Positions 19,293 to 28,869 of a stretch of 64,000 nt of DNA are shown piece by piece. The position numbers and the translations under genes were made by a program. Source of the DNA: Candidatus Heimdallarchaeota archaeon (GTDB lineage Archaea > Asgardarchaeota > Heimdallarchaeia > JABLTI01); NCBI GenBank assembly GCA_019058275.1, contig JAHLVW010000066.1, positions 230,781 through 294,780 of the forward strand. Reading direction: 5' to 3'. The notes under the pieces are model-generated. The model was not told the DNA's origin. It ran no database searches and saw only the letters and a list, made by a program, of their open reading frames with translations. The number at the start of each line of letters is the position of its first letter. Position 1 is the stretch's first letter.

Positions 19293-21500
19293 TTATTTGG
19301 ATTCTTCTTCTTCCTTCTTCTCTTTCAAAAGGTCAAGTTCTTCACCTATCAAGTAATGTGAAAACCAATTGAGATTTTGATACATAATCGCTCTGTTTTC
19401 TCGAGGCTTAGTTATAGGATGCCCCATTCCAGGATAGATGAAAAGTTCAACATGAACATTCATTTCTTTTAACCCCCGATAGAGTTCTTTAGCATTTGAT
19501 AATGGTACTCTCATGTCAATTTCACCATGTTGTATAAGCATAGGTGTTTTCGCTTCTTTGATTTTACTAATGGGTGCTGTTTTCTCATAGAGCTCTCTAT
19601 CACGGAAAGGTGAGCCAGACAAATAATGGGTGGTAAAATGAGGAATATCATTACTAATATGATAAGTGTACCAATCTGAAATACCAGCTCCAACTGAAAC
19701 TGCCATAAAGCGATTGGAATGAAGACCAACAAAAGCTGAAATGTATCCGCCTTGGCTCCAACCCATGCAGCCAATTTTGGTAGTATCAATAAAACCTTCT
19801 TTATCGAGATAATCTATTGCACTTTCTACATCCCACAAATCACCAATACCAAGGTTATCCTTATTTAATTCCAGAAATGCTTGCCCTCTTCCAATAGATC
19901 CTCGATAATTCACTTTTAAAGTAAGAATCTCTTTATTTACCAATTGAACAGAAGGATGATAAAGGATATCTGAATGTTCTAATAGACTTTCAGGATCAAA
20001 TGCTTGTGGTCCGCCATGAATAATAAAAGCTAATGGATATTTCTTCTTAGGATTGAAATTTAATGGTTTTCTTAGTACTCCTTCTATTTCTGTTCCATCT
20101 TTACTTTTCCAACGTATTGTTTCGATTGTACCAAAATTCCATGTTTTAACATCTTCTGAGTAATTTGTAACCTGCTTGAGTTCTAAATTACTTGATTTGA
20201 TGGATTTTCTTGATATATATAGCTCAGATAATTTCTCTGCTGTCTTCCCAAAGAAACTAAGATAACCGTTTTGAGAAATATCAAATCCATTGTATAATCT
20301 TTGAATGTATCCTTCTAGATCAAGAGGAGTAATTTTACCACTTTCTGTAACCTTAGCAATTACTGTTTTTGTTCCATAAGCATAAGCAATAACAATACCA
20401 TCATGTATCCAAACACCACCAAATGGAATACGGTCTAAATCACCTGTAATTTTCACGAATTTCTCTATAATTTCCTCAGATTCAAGAAGTTCTTTCCACT
20501 TTACTATGTCAAGAATCCAATAATCCACTTGAGTATAAAACATATCATCTCTTTCTTTTTTAGCAATTAGTAATTTATCTCCATCTGGAGAAGTATCAAC
20601 AATATAGGCTCCCTTAGGAAAAGCAAGCTTTTGGATTTCTCCAAGATAGCTTACATCTTTATCTTCTTCTTTCACTTCTTCCTTTTCCTCGTCTTCTTTA
20701 GTTTCTTTATCCTTGTCTTTCTTTTCTTTTTTCAGTGCTATGTAAGCTTCTAATGCTTCATCTGGATTAGTTTTAATACAATAATTAAAAGTCTCTAGAT
20801 AGTATACCAGATCATCTCGAATTTTACAAATAAGGTATATTGAATCATTTTGTTTTGAAGGGATAAAACGTACTATTGATAATGGTTCCTCTAACAATTT
20901 GGAGAATTCAATAATTGGTTTTATTAATTTCTTTGAATCATCTTCTGTTTTAGTTTTCAACTCATTTTGATAAGCAACCATCTTTTCTAAATTAACATAA
21001 TATAATGCACTAGCACTTTTTTCATGTTCAAAGTGAATATATGTGCCGAATTTATTCTTTCGATCCTTTTTCTCTTGTCTTTTAGGATCCTTAGCTAAGA
21101 AAAGTAAACCTTTTCCAAATGGTTTAAAATTTCGTACGCCATTTTCATGTTCCGTTACTTTCCAAGGTTCTCCTACTAAGTTATCAAAAACATAGATTTG
21201 ATTACCACCCTTATTTGCATTATCACCTTGCTTTAGAATAGCGATAGAATCATTATTCAGCCATTCAGCTTGTATAACAGAACCAGATCTTGTTAATTGG
21301 TATGTTTTATTAGCTTTAACATCATGTATAAAACAGTTCTTTTCATATGAATTCTTATTCCAATCTGTCTTTAATGATAAATAAGCCACTTTATCTCCGT
21401 TTGGTGAGATTTTTGCTCCATAAGCATATCCTAAAGTAATCAAATCAGTTATTGTTGGTTCATAAGCTTTAACCATGATAAACCCTACATTGATCGACAT
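19293..21500 (-). CDS. S9-family serine peptidase (acylaminoacyl/dipeptidyl aminopeptidase)
   Basis: Beta-propeller N-terminus (ISPNG), IHGGP, NYRGS, GWSQGG nucleophile, HGEIDMRV, GMGH. Confidence 0.93.
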   Translation of the reverse strand: MSINVGFIMVKAYEPTITDLITLGYAYGAKISPNGDKVAYLSLKTDWNKNSYEKNCFIHDVKANKTYQLTRSGSVIQAEWLNNDSIAILKQGDNANKGGNQIYVFDNLVGEPWKVTEHENGVRNFKPFGKGLLFLAKDPKRQEKKDRKNKFGTYIHFEHEKSASALYYVNLEKMVAYQNELKTKTEDDSKKLIKPIIEFSKLLEEPLSIVRFIPSKQNDSIYLICKIRDDLVYYLETFNYCIKTNPDEALEAYIALKKEKKDKDKETKEDEEKEEVKEEDKDVSYLGEIQKLAFPKGAYIVDTSPDGDKLLIAKKERDDMFYTQVDYWILDIVKWKELLESEEIIEKFVKITGDLDRIPFGGVWIHDGIVIAYAYGTKTVIAKVTESGKITPLDLEGYIQRLYNGFDISQNGYLSFFGKTAEKLSELYISRKSIKSSNLELKQVTNYSEDVKTWNFGTIETIRWKSKDGTEIEGVLRKPLNFNPKKKYPLAFIIHGGPQAFDPESLLEHSDILYHPSVQLVNKEILTLKVNYRGSIGRGQAFLELNKDNLGIGDLWDVESAIDYLDKEGFIDTTKIGCMGWSQGGYISAFVGLHSNRFMAVSVGAGISDWYTYHISNDIPHFTTHYLSGSPFRDRELYEKTAPISKIKEAKTPMLIQHGEIDMRVPLSNAKELYRGLKEMNVHVELFIYPGMGHPITKPRENRAIMYQNLNWFSHYLIGEELDLLKEKKEEEESK

Positions 21501-21572
21501 TTCAAGCTATTAATTTACAATTATAATTCAAACGGTGAGTATTGAATTTAAAGTTTTACAAGAAAAAGAAGA

Positions 21573-21591
21573 TATTCCCAAGATGGGAATA
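21573..21591 (-). terminator. Hairpin plus pyrimidine tract after tldD-pmbA
   Basis: TATTCCCA-AGA-TGGGAATA, followed on the minus strand by TCTTCTTTTTCT. Confidence 0.5.
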
Positions 21592-21597
21592 AATCAA

Positions 21598-22943
21598 TTA
21601 TTTTCCAGCAATTGTCATTTCAGAGATTTTTATTGCAGGACTATACATATGACCATTATTGGATAGATCAGAACCAATAGTATCGATTTTATCCTTAATA
21701 ATCTCAAAGAAATTGCCAGCGATAATCACATTTTTTACTGGTTTAGTAAGCTCACCATTTTCAATAAGATATCCATGTGTAACAGTAGCATTCATTTCAC
21801 CACTAGATGGTCGTGAAAGCCATTCACCAATTGTTCTTTCAATGAAGAGTCCTTTCTTAGTGTCTTTTATCATATCTTCCAAGCTTGTAGTTCCTGGTTT
21901 AAAGATGAAATTGTTTGTTGAGGGGACTGGTAAAGTGTTGAAATTCCTTCGTGCATTTCCACTTGATTTCAAATTTTCCTTTTTAGCACGGTAGCTATCA
22001 TAGATGAAATTCTTGAGAACACCTTTCTCTAAGATAGTTGTTTTTTGAGTTGGATGACCTTCGCTGTCAAATGCTCGAGTTCGTACACCATTGGGCATAG
22101 TTCCATCATCAATTACTGTTATTCTTTCATCAGCAATCTGTGTGTTTAATTTAGCAGCGAATGTTGATCTACCTTTCTGGATATTCTCTGAGTTAATGTT
22201 ACTACCTAACATGAAACCAAATAAGAATGCGCCAAATTTGTTTCGCATAATCACGGGAAGTTTAACACTACCTATCGGTTTTGCTTTTACATACATTAGT
22301 GCTTGTTCTGCTGCATAATCTGCAACCTTATCATAATTTAGATCCTTCCAATAACGAACTTGCAATGATTCTGCACCAGTACTTTCACCGCCTTCAACAG
22401 CTTTAGTCATCATGTAAGTAGTGATATAAGAACCGTAGTAGGTTTGTGTATCATTGTAATTGTTGGTAACAGAAACTTCACTATCATTAATAGTTAAGGC
22501 TCCACGAGTTACCTTCACTTTTCTACCATTTTCAGTTGCCCTATTGATTCCACCAATAACTTTGTCTATGATTTTATCATAGTCCAAATTCTTGAGAGAA
22601 TCATCATAATTGCCCTTTACAGATGTTTTGCCAAATTTATCATTAAGGCTATTCAATTAGGATCCTCAGGAGTTACTTCTGCTATCTTAACAGCTTTTTC
22701 AACAGCTCTTCCTACTTCAGCTTCAGTTAGAATTGAAGTTGCATGAAGACCAATTTGCTTTCCTTTGGCAACTCTAATACCTAAACCCCGAGAATCAACA
22801 GTTTTGAAACTCTCAATTTCAGAAGCAAACATTACATCAGTTATTTTCTTTCTCAAGATGTAAACTTCAGCTTCATCTGCACCCAATTTCATTGCTTTCT
22901 TAACTGCTAGTTGACCTAAATCCATTGTTCTATCTTCCTCCAA
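21598..22943 (-). pseudogene. pmbA: PmbA/TldE-family protein split by a 1-nt frameshift (or sequencing error)
   Basis: ORFs 22653-22943 (GADEAEVY, GLGIRV) and 21598-22656 (FDSEG, SSGNA, IAGN) are the two halves. The junction AAT TGA AT becomes AAT TGG AAT (EDPNWNSL) with one added G. Confidence 0.8.
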
Positions 22944-24351
22944 CAGTCATTTCTTGAACCCTAATGTGGGGACCACCAAAACCAACTTTTGCTGCTTGTC
23001 CCCCCTTCCCACAACCACCAAAATAGCTTGTAGAAATCTCTAAATCATTACCAACAGCATCAACGGTTTTCAAAGTGTCAAGTATAGCTCCACTAATAAT
23101 AACACCTCTAACAGGTTCAGCAAGCTCACCATTTCGAATCATGAAGCTTTCACCACCATTAAATGTGAAAGTTCCCATGCCTACTTCTACTTGACCACCA
23201 CCCGAACCCTTATTCTTGATGTAAACACCTTCTTTGATACCTTCAAGTAATTCATTAAATTTGTAATCACCATTATCGATGTAAGTATTTGTCATACGAA
23301 CAAGTGGTTGATTTTCAAAATCCTGTGCTCTTGAATTGCCTGTAGGTGAAACTGCTAAGACATTAGCAGAATTTCGATCATGAATATATGCTTTTAGAAC
23401 TCCTTTATCCATAATTACCGTTTTTCCTTTTGGAGTTCCTTCATCATCAACAGGGATATAGTAGCCACCTTTAGAAGTGCCTTCATCAATAATAGAAACT
23501 TGTTCATTAGCTAGTTCTTCACCAAGTCGATCCTTGAGTGTAGATGTTCCAGTGAAAACTAAATCAGCTTCTGCAGCATGGCCAAACGCTTCGTGAACTA
23601 GTATTCCAACTAATCGTGGGTCAACAACAACTGGATATGTACCTGGAGGTGGGGAAGAAGCTTTAACAGAACGAAGTGCTAATTCAGAAAGATCAACTGA
23701 GAAATCATTCCAATCATATTTCTTTGTAAATTCATAACCGCTACATGCGCCATGCCCATGATATGTTGTATCCATTTTGCCATTTTCAACTGCTACAGCA
23801 ATTTGAATCAAACCAATAGTTGTTACCTGAACCAGAGTTTGAGTTCCCTGAGATGATATAAAAAATCTATTATCTACAGAGGAGCCCATAATTGTAATGA
23901 CATTTTTTATCTGGTCACTAATCCAGGCTGCCTTATTGGTTTCCATTAATAATTCAACTTTTTCTTTTGGAGAGACACTTATTGGATCAGTTTTAACTGA
24001 CACTTTTTCATCAAACTTGATTGTTTTAGTCTCTGCAAAATTTCCTTTCTCACTTTCAAATGATTTTGCCAATTTTAATGCAGCATTAATAGAATTGTTA
24101 ACACTATCCATAGAAAAATCACTTGTCGATGCAAATCCTACTGCACCATTGACTACCACACGTATTCCCAAACCACCAAAATCGAGAGATTTATACTCTT
24201 CAAGAGATTTATTTTCTACTCGTATTTCTTCGTTGCTAAAGTGCTGATACCGAACGTCAGCGTATGAAGCTCCAAGTTTTAAAGCTTTATCGATGATTTT
24301 TTCCGGTTTGAGTTGGTTTAATGTTTCCTTAAAATTACTCATAATTGCCAC
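22930..24351 (-). CDS. tldD: TldD metalloprotease
   Basis: YADVR, GIRV, HEAFGHAAEAD (HExxH), DDEG, TGNSRA, RMTNT, GCGKGGQ. Confidence 0.93.
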   Translation of the reverse strand: MAIMSNFKETLNQLKPEKIIDKALKLGASYADVRYQHFSNEEIRVENKSLEEYKSLDFGGLGIRVVVNGAVGFASTSDFSMDSVNNSINAALKLAKSFESEKGNFAETKTIKFDEKVSVKTDPISVSPKEKVELLMETNKAAWISDQIKNVITIMGSSVDNRFFISSQGTQTLVQVTTIGLIQIAVAVENGKMDTTYHGHGACSGYEFTKKYDWNDFSVDLSELALRSVKASSPPPGTYPVVVDPRLVGILVHEAFGHAAEADLVFTGTSTLKDRLGEELANEQVSIIDEGTSKGGYYIPVDDEGTPKGKTVIMDKGVLKAYIHDRNSANVLAVSPTGNSRAQDFENQPLVRMTNTYIDNGDYKFNELLEGIKEGVYIKNKGSGGGQVEVGMGTFTFNGGESFMIRNGELAEPVRGVIISGAILDTLKTVDAVGNDLEISTSYFGGCGKGGQAAKVGFGGPHIRVQEMTVGGR

Positions 24352-24484
24352 ATCAATTATACTAAAACCATCATTGAGACAGTAATTTGCTTATATGGTT
24401 ATTTCGTTGGGTCTTATTTGCTTTGAATGAAACTAATTGACAAAAATATCTTATAATTCAAAAATAGATTTACGTAGGATTATG

Positions 24485-24613
24485 TTAGATCATTCCATCG
24501 ACATAATATAATCCTAACAATATACCTGATTTCTCTAGCTCCTTAGCCTTCTTCCTGCTGAGTTGCTTTTTATCTTTTCGAGGTTTTGCCTTTTTGATCT
24601 TAACCATCTTCAT
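24485..24613 (-). CDS. Small basic 42-aa protein
   Basis: Manual translation MKMVKIKKAKPRKDKKQLSRKKAKELEKSGILLGLYYVDGMI*; fills the intergenic gap upstream of tldD; below the ORF-track cutoff. Confidence 0.5.
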   Translation of the reverse strand: MKMVKIKKAKPRKDKKQLSRKKAKELEKSGILLGLYYVDGMI

Positions 24614-24669
24614 CCCAATCTATTATTCCAATAACGTGGAAGGTTCTTTAATATTCTATTTATCTATTG

Positions 24670-24698
24670 TTTTTCGAATATTTAAATTCTTCGAAAAA
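24670..24698. promoter_or_regulatory. Inverted repeat around a TATA-like core; candidate ArsR operator
   Basis: TTTTTCGAA-TATTTAAATTC-TTCGAAAAA in the divergent promoter region. Confidence 0.45.
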
Positions 24699-24772
24699 AC
24701 TGCTAATTTTAGAATATTATAAGAATTATCAAAATTTCGTATATTTTTATAAATGATGATTGTATAAATGAA

Positions 24773-25438
24773 ATGAATACAATGTCTATTAAGAAATTAG
24801 AAAAGGAAGTTCACGAACAAACAAAGAATATCATAAAAGCAATTAGCAATGAAACTCGTTTTAGCATTTTACTACTAATAGTAGTTTATAGAGAAATGAC
24901 TCTAGATAAAATTAGTGAATTAGTGAACAAAAGCAAATCAACTGTTCATCATCACATAACACAATTGCTAAAATATGGTCTTATTGAGGAAACAACAAAA
25001 CCCGGAAGCAAAACAAGGTACTATAAACAACTTGAATCAGACATAAATAAAAGATTAAAAGAGACATTCAATTGGGAGCGATTTCAAGAACAATTACCTG
25101 AAGAAAAAGAAGAATTGTGTGAATTGTACACTGAATTAGCAAAAACAAACAACATCATGATGTTAAATGCTCTTCAATTCCTTATTAGAACTTACTACAG
25201 TAATTTAGATGATCTAGAAGTCGATAAGAGATATTACACTTTAGGGGAATTGATGATGGGCACATTTAATCTGAGTGAGGAAAGTTCTCTAGCATATCGC
25301 AAAGAACACAAGGAACTTGCTCAAAAATATATCAAGAAAGATAGAGAACATCCAGAACGTAAAAAACCACATGCTCATTACTATGCTGGTTACAATGTCG
25401 AGAAAACACTTGAACGACTTTATAAGAAGAAAAAATAA
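24773..25438 (+). CDS. ArsR-family winged-helix transcriptional regulator
   Basis: AISNETRFSIL...ISELVNKSKSTVHHHITQLLKYGLI. Confidence 0.88.
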   Translation: MNTMSIKKLEKEVHEQTKNIIKAISNETRFSILLLIVVYREMTLDKISELVNKSKSTVHHHITQLLKYGLIEETTKPGSKTRYYKQLESDINKRLKETFNWERFQEQLPEEKEELCELYTELAKTNNIMMLNALQFLIRTYYSNLDDLEVDKRYYTLGELMMGTFNLSEESSLAYRKEHKELAQKYIKKDREHPERKKPHAHYYAGYNVEKTLERLYKKKK

Positions 25439-25452
25439 ACTCTTTCTTTCTA

Positions 25453-26595
25453 TTATGATTTCTGTTCTGAAAGAATTGCATGAGCTTCTTTTATACGCTC
25501 AATGATTGGTATTTCTTGTGGGCACTTCTCCAAACATTCCTCATATTCCGTACAAGCAGGTGATTTTTGACCTGGTTGAGATTTTGTTAAACCAATTCCA
25601 CGATATTTAGCTCGAGCAAGATGAAGCTTTAATGGATCTCTTGAAACCATAAGCTGTTTAAGAATTGCTTTAATATTTACATCGTTAGGACATGGCATAC
25701 AATATCCGCATTGTGTGCAATCGATATCATAAATTTCTTGGAATTTTTTGGAAACTAAGTCTATACGTTTTAACTCATCATCTGTAAGATTAAAATTCTT
25801 TCTAGAGGCAAGAGCAATATTTTCTTCTATGTTTTTCTCAGAACTCATACCAGATAAAACAACAGAAATATTGGGATTTGATAGAACAAACTTTAGAGCC
25901 AGATCTGCGAAATCTTTTCTCCCTTTAGTCAGCCATTTTTCCATTTCTTTGACTGGTTCCATAGCTAATCTACCTCCCCCAACAGGTCCCATGATTGCTA
26001 TACCTAAACCATTTTCATTAGCATAATGGATGATTTTTTGGTTATCTCTATCTAAGAGATTATACTGAACAAGCACGACCTCAAAAACACCAGTATCTAT
26101 GTACTTCTTGATGTTCTTAGGTTTATCATGAGATGAAAAGCCAATGTGTTTTATCTTTCTCATTTTTTTAGCTTTCTTCATTTCATCAATTAGTTTGAGT
26201 TTTACTATTTTCTCTTCAAATCTACCCTTGCTTATATTATGGAAAAGGTAGATATCAACAAAATCAACATCCAGTCTTTCTAGTTGTTCATCTAGTCTTT
26301 GGTGAAATTCCTCAGCGCTATTAACAGCCCAAATAGGACATTTAGTCATGAGAGTTACTTTGTTCCGATAGCCTTCTTTTAGTGCTTTCCCAACGATTAA
26401 TTCACTTTTCCCGTTCATATAATTATAAGCAGTATCAATGAAATTCACTCCACCATCGTTGGCTTGTCGAACCATCTCTACACCTCTCTCAATATCAAAT
26501 GTTTTATCGCTAGGACTCTTTTTTGGTATGCGAAGAACACCAAAACCTAATGCGGATACCTTTATTCCAGTTTTACCTAATTGACGATATTGCAA
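25453..26595 (-). CDS. Aldo/keto reductase with C-terminal 4Fe-4S domain (one Cys ligand lost)
   Basis: YRQLGKTG, IDTAYNY, GFSSH, QYN, CTQCGYCMPC; second cluster reads CTEYEECLEKCP. Confidence 0.9.
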   Translation of the reverse strand: MQYRQLGKTGIKVSALGFGVLRIPKKSPSDKTFDIERGVEMVRQANDGGVNFIDTAYNYMNGKSELIVGKALKEGYRNKVTLMTKCPIWAVNSAEEFHQRLDEQLERLDVDFVDIYLFHNISKGRFEEKIVKLKLIDEMKKAKKMRKIKHIGFSSHDKPKNIKKYIDTGVFEVVLVQYNLLDRDNQKIIHYANENGLGIAIMGPVGGGRLAMEPVKEMEKWLTKGRKDFADLALKFVLSNPNISVVLSGMSSEKNIEENIALASRKNFNLTDDELKRIDLVSKKFQEIYDIDCTQCGYCMPCPNDVNIKAILKQLMVSRDPLKLHLARAKYRGIGLTKSQPGQKSPACTEYEECLEKCPQEIPIIERIKEAHAILSEQKS

Positions 26596-26607
26596 TGAAG
26601 AACCTCT

Positions 26608-27849
26608 TTATGAGTAGATTACTTTTTCTCTTTCAATAGCTTTTGTAGCAATTACAATTAGTAATGCAAATAAACCAATAAATAATGCTAGGAATAATCC
26701 ATCAATCCACCCAAAAGATCCATCTATCAATGCCATAATTGGATGATATATCCAATGAAATGGATTGATGTAAGTTATGAAAAGTGTAGATTGAGGATTG
26801 ATGACTATTGGAAAGAAAAATAGCATTCCAAGTAATATCACTACTGGAATACCAATAGTATCTGCTAATGGTTTCTTCAGAGTAGTTTCAAAAACGATCA
26901 ACATGGTTATTGCTAAACTAAGACAAAATACAATACTTAACAATAGGAGTATTCCATTACCTGATAAAATTGCGTTTAATGAAAGAATCAATGAGAAATC
27001 ATCAATAATATCATCGCCAAGTAATGCTGGTAACCCACCAATAAGTGAACCTGCAAAGTAAGCAGTTATCGATAAGAATGCTCCCATTACGCCAACGAGT
27101 ATTTTTGATAGTACAATATGAGACCTCTTTCTTGTTATTGTAAGCATAGTCTCTAGTGTACCGTCTTCACGCTCTTTTCCAAAACCAAAATTCTTTCCCA
27201 TGCTTATAGACATTGAAACAAAGAGCAAGATAGCATAACCAAAAGGTACAGCAAGTGAAAGTGTATCACTACTCCAACCCTCTTGCTCTACAGGAGGAGG
27301 AATATATTGGTCGGGTTCAACATCTGGCATATCAGAAACATTGTTTAAGAAAAGCATTCTATCTTCAATTGTTTCGTCAATCATGGTCATTGCTTGTGCA
27401 AAATACATACCTGCTCTTGTTCCTGAATCAGAAACGGTTCGAAATTCATAGCTAGATTGTCCATCAAAAGTAGTATCTAAAAAATTACTTGGAAAATAAA
27501 ATCCATATGAGCTATTAAGTGCTCCATCTCTGGAAGTTGTGAGTTTTATTATAACTTCAGGATTATTTCTAAAAAGCGCAGACATCTTATTGATAGCTTC
27601 TTGACCCAAATTAATATTGTAAGACGTTCCATTAACATGCAATTCTGCAGAACCAATATCTGCAGAACGAATGCTTATAGTCATTTCAAATGTATAACTG
27701 TCATTAAACATCATTGGTAAAGCAGTAAGTACAGCTATGATGGTAAATGGAATAATGAACATGAAGATTAGGTTCTTTTTAGTAAAAACTAGTTTGATGT
27801 CTTTCTTTAGTATTGCCAGAAATTGATTTGAACTATCGTTTTCGGTCAT
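26608..27849 (-). CDS. ABC-2 type (NatB-like) exporter permease
   Basis: KEREDGTLETML motif, multiple TM helices, large extracellular loop. Confidence 0.85.
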   Translation of the reverse strand: MTENDSSNQFLAILKKDIKLVFTKKNLIFMFIIPFTIIAVLTALPMMFNDSYTFEMTISIRSADIGSAELHVNGTSYNINLGQEAINKMSALFRNNPEVIIKLTTSRDGALNSSYGFYFPSNFLDTTFDGQSSYEFRTVSDSGTRAGMYFAQAMTMIDETIEDRMLFLNNVSDMPDVEPDQYIPPPVEQEGWSSDTLSLAVPFGYAILLFVSMSISMGKNFGFGKEREDGTLETMLTITRKRSHIVLSKILVGVMGAFLSITAYFAGSLIGGLPALLGDDIIDDFSLILSLNAILSGNGILLLLSIVFCLSLAITMLIVFETTLKKPLADTIGIPVVILLGMLFFFPIVINPQSTLFITYINPFHWIYHPIMALIDGSFGWIDGLFLALFIGLFALLIVIATKAIEREKVIYS

Positions 27850-27851
27850 GA

Positions 27852-28640
27852 TTAATTTTCCTCCAATTCATTTCTCTCATGTGCGTTATGTTGTTCTTTT
27901 TGATAGCCATTTTCAAAGGCATAAATAATGGCGTTTTCAAAAGAATCTCCTGGAGCAAATGTCTCAATGACCTCTTGCTTTGTACCTTGAAAAATGAGCT
28001 TACCTTCTTTTAGTATACCAGCATGTGTTGCTAGATCCTCAAGATCTGAAGTTATGTGACTAGACATAAGAATTGTTTTATTCTCCTTTACAACTAGGTC
28101 TCTTAGAATATCTCTCACTTTTTTCGCTCGAGCGATATCCAAACCAGTTGTTGGTTCATCAAGAATAACTAATTCTTTACTCGAGATAATTGTTCTAATC
28201 AAACCAATGGCTCGTTTTTCTCCACCAGAAAGCTTGTTGAATTCGAGATCTAATTTATCTAACATATCAAGTTTTGTAAGGAGATCGACCATTTTATTAT
28301 GAGCATTTTCCTTATTCACACCGATTATGGATGTAAACAACAGAATATTATCTTTGGTTGAGAAGTCCTTATAACCAGCAGTAAATTGAGATAGAACGCC
28401 AATTTTGGATCTGATCTCTTCAGGATTCTTCGTAACTAGAACTCCTTGAACAACTACTTTGCCAGTTGCAGGTTTAAGAATCCCTGTTAAAATTCTAATT
28501 GTAGTTGTTTTACCTGCTCCATTTGGTCCCAATAAAGCATAAATGCTCCCTTTTGTAACTTGTAAATCAACATCTTTCAGAACCGTTTTTTCCCCAAATC
28601 TTTTACTAAGATTCTTTGTTTCAATTATGTATTCGTTTAT
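27852..28640 (-). CDS. ABC transporter ATP-binding protein; apparent ATA start codon
   Basis: GPNGAGKTT, LSGGE, LDEPT, SSH. The frame extends 36 codons upstream of the tracked TTG (xNEYIIETKNLSKRFGEKTVLKDVDL...) to ATA at 28640, 6 nt after a GAGGGA RBS. Confidence 0.85.
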   Translation of the reverse strand: MNEYIIETKNLSKRFGEKTVLKDVDLQVTKGSIYALLGPNGAGKTTTIRILTGILKPATGKVVVQGVLVTKNPEEIRSKIGVLSQFTAGYKDFSTKDNILLFTSIIGVNKENAHNKMVDLLTKLDMLDKLDLEFNKLSGGEKRAIGLIRTIISSKELVILDEPTTGLDIARAKKVRDILRDLVVKENKTILMSSHITSDLEDLATHAGILKEGKLIFQGTKQEVIETFAPGDSFENAIIYAFENGYQKEQHNAHERNELEEN

Positions 28641-28869
28641 AATATATCCCTCGTTTTACATAGATAATAGACTTGATTCTCATATAAATAAGAATTAACT
28701 CTCACACTATTTAAACATGTGCAATAAACCAGAAATAAGAAATTATGTAAAGGGTATAAAAATCAGCGGGAAAAATTTAAATTAATAATAAATTAAGTAG
28801 AAATAATAATGTCTCGGAACGAAAGACCAGTTTGTATTTAATTTAAAAAAAAAATTTCTTAGATTAAGG

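Noticed and set aside
22650-22660. Programmed ribosomal frameshift or naturally split pmbA
   Set aside because: No slippery heptamer or stimulatory structure; a single missing G restores a plausible NW sequence.
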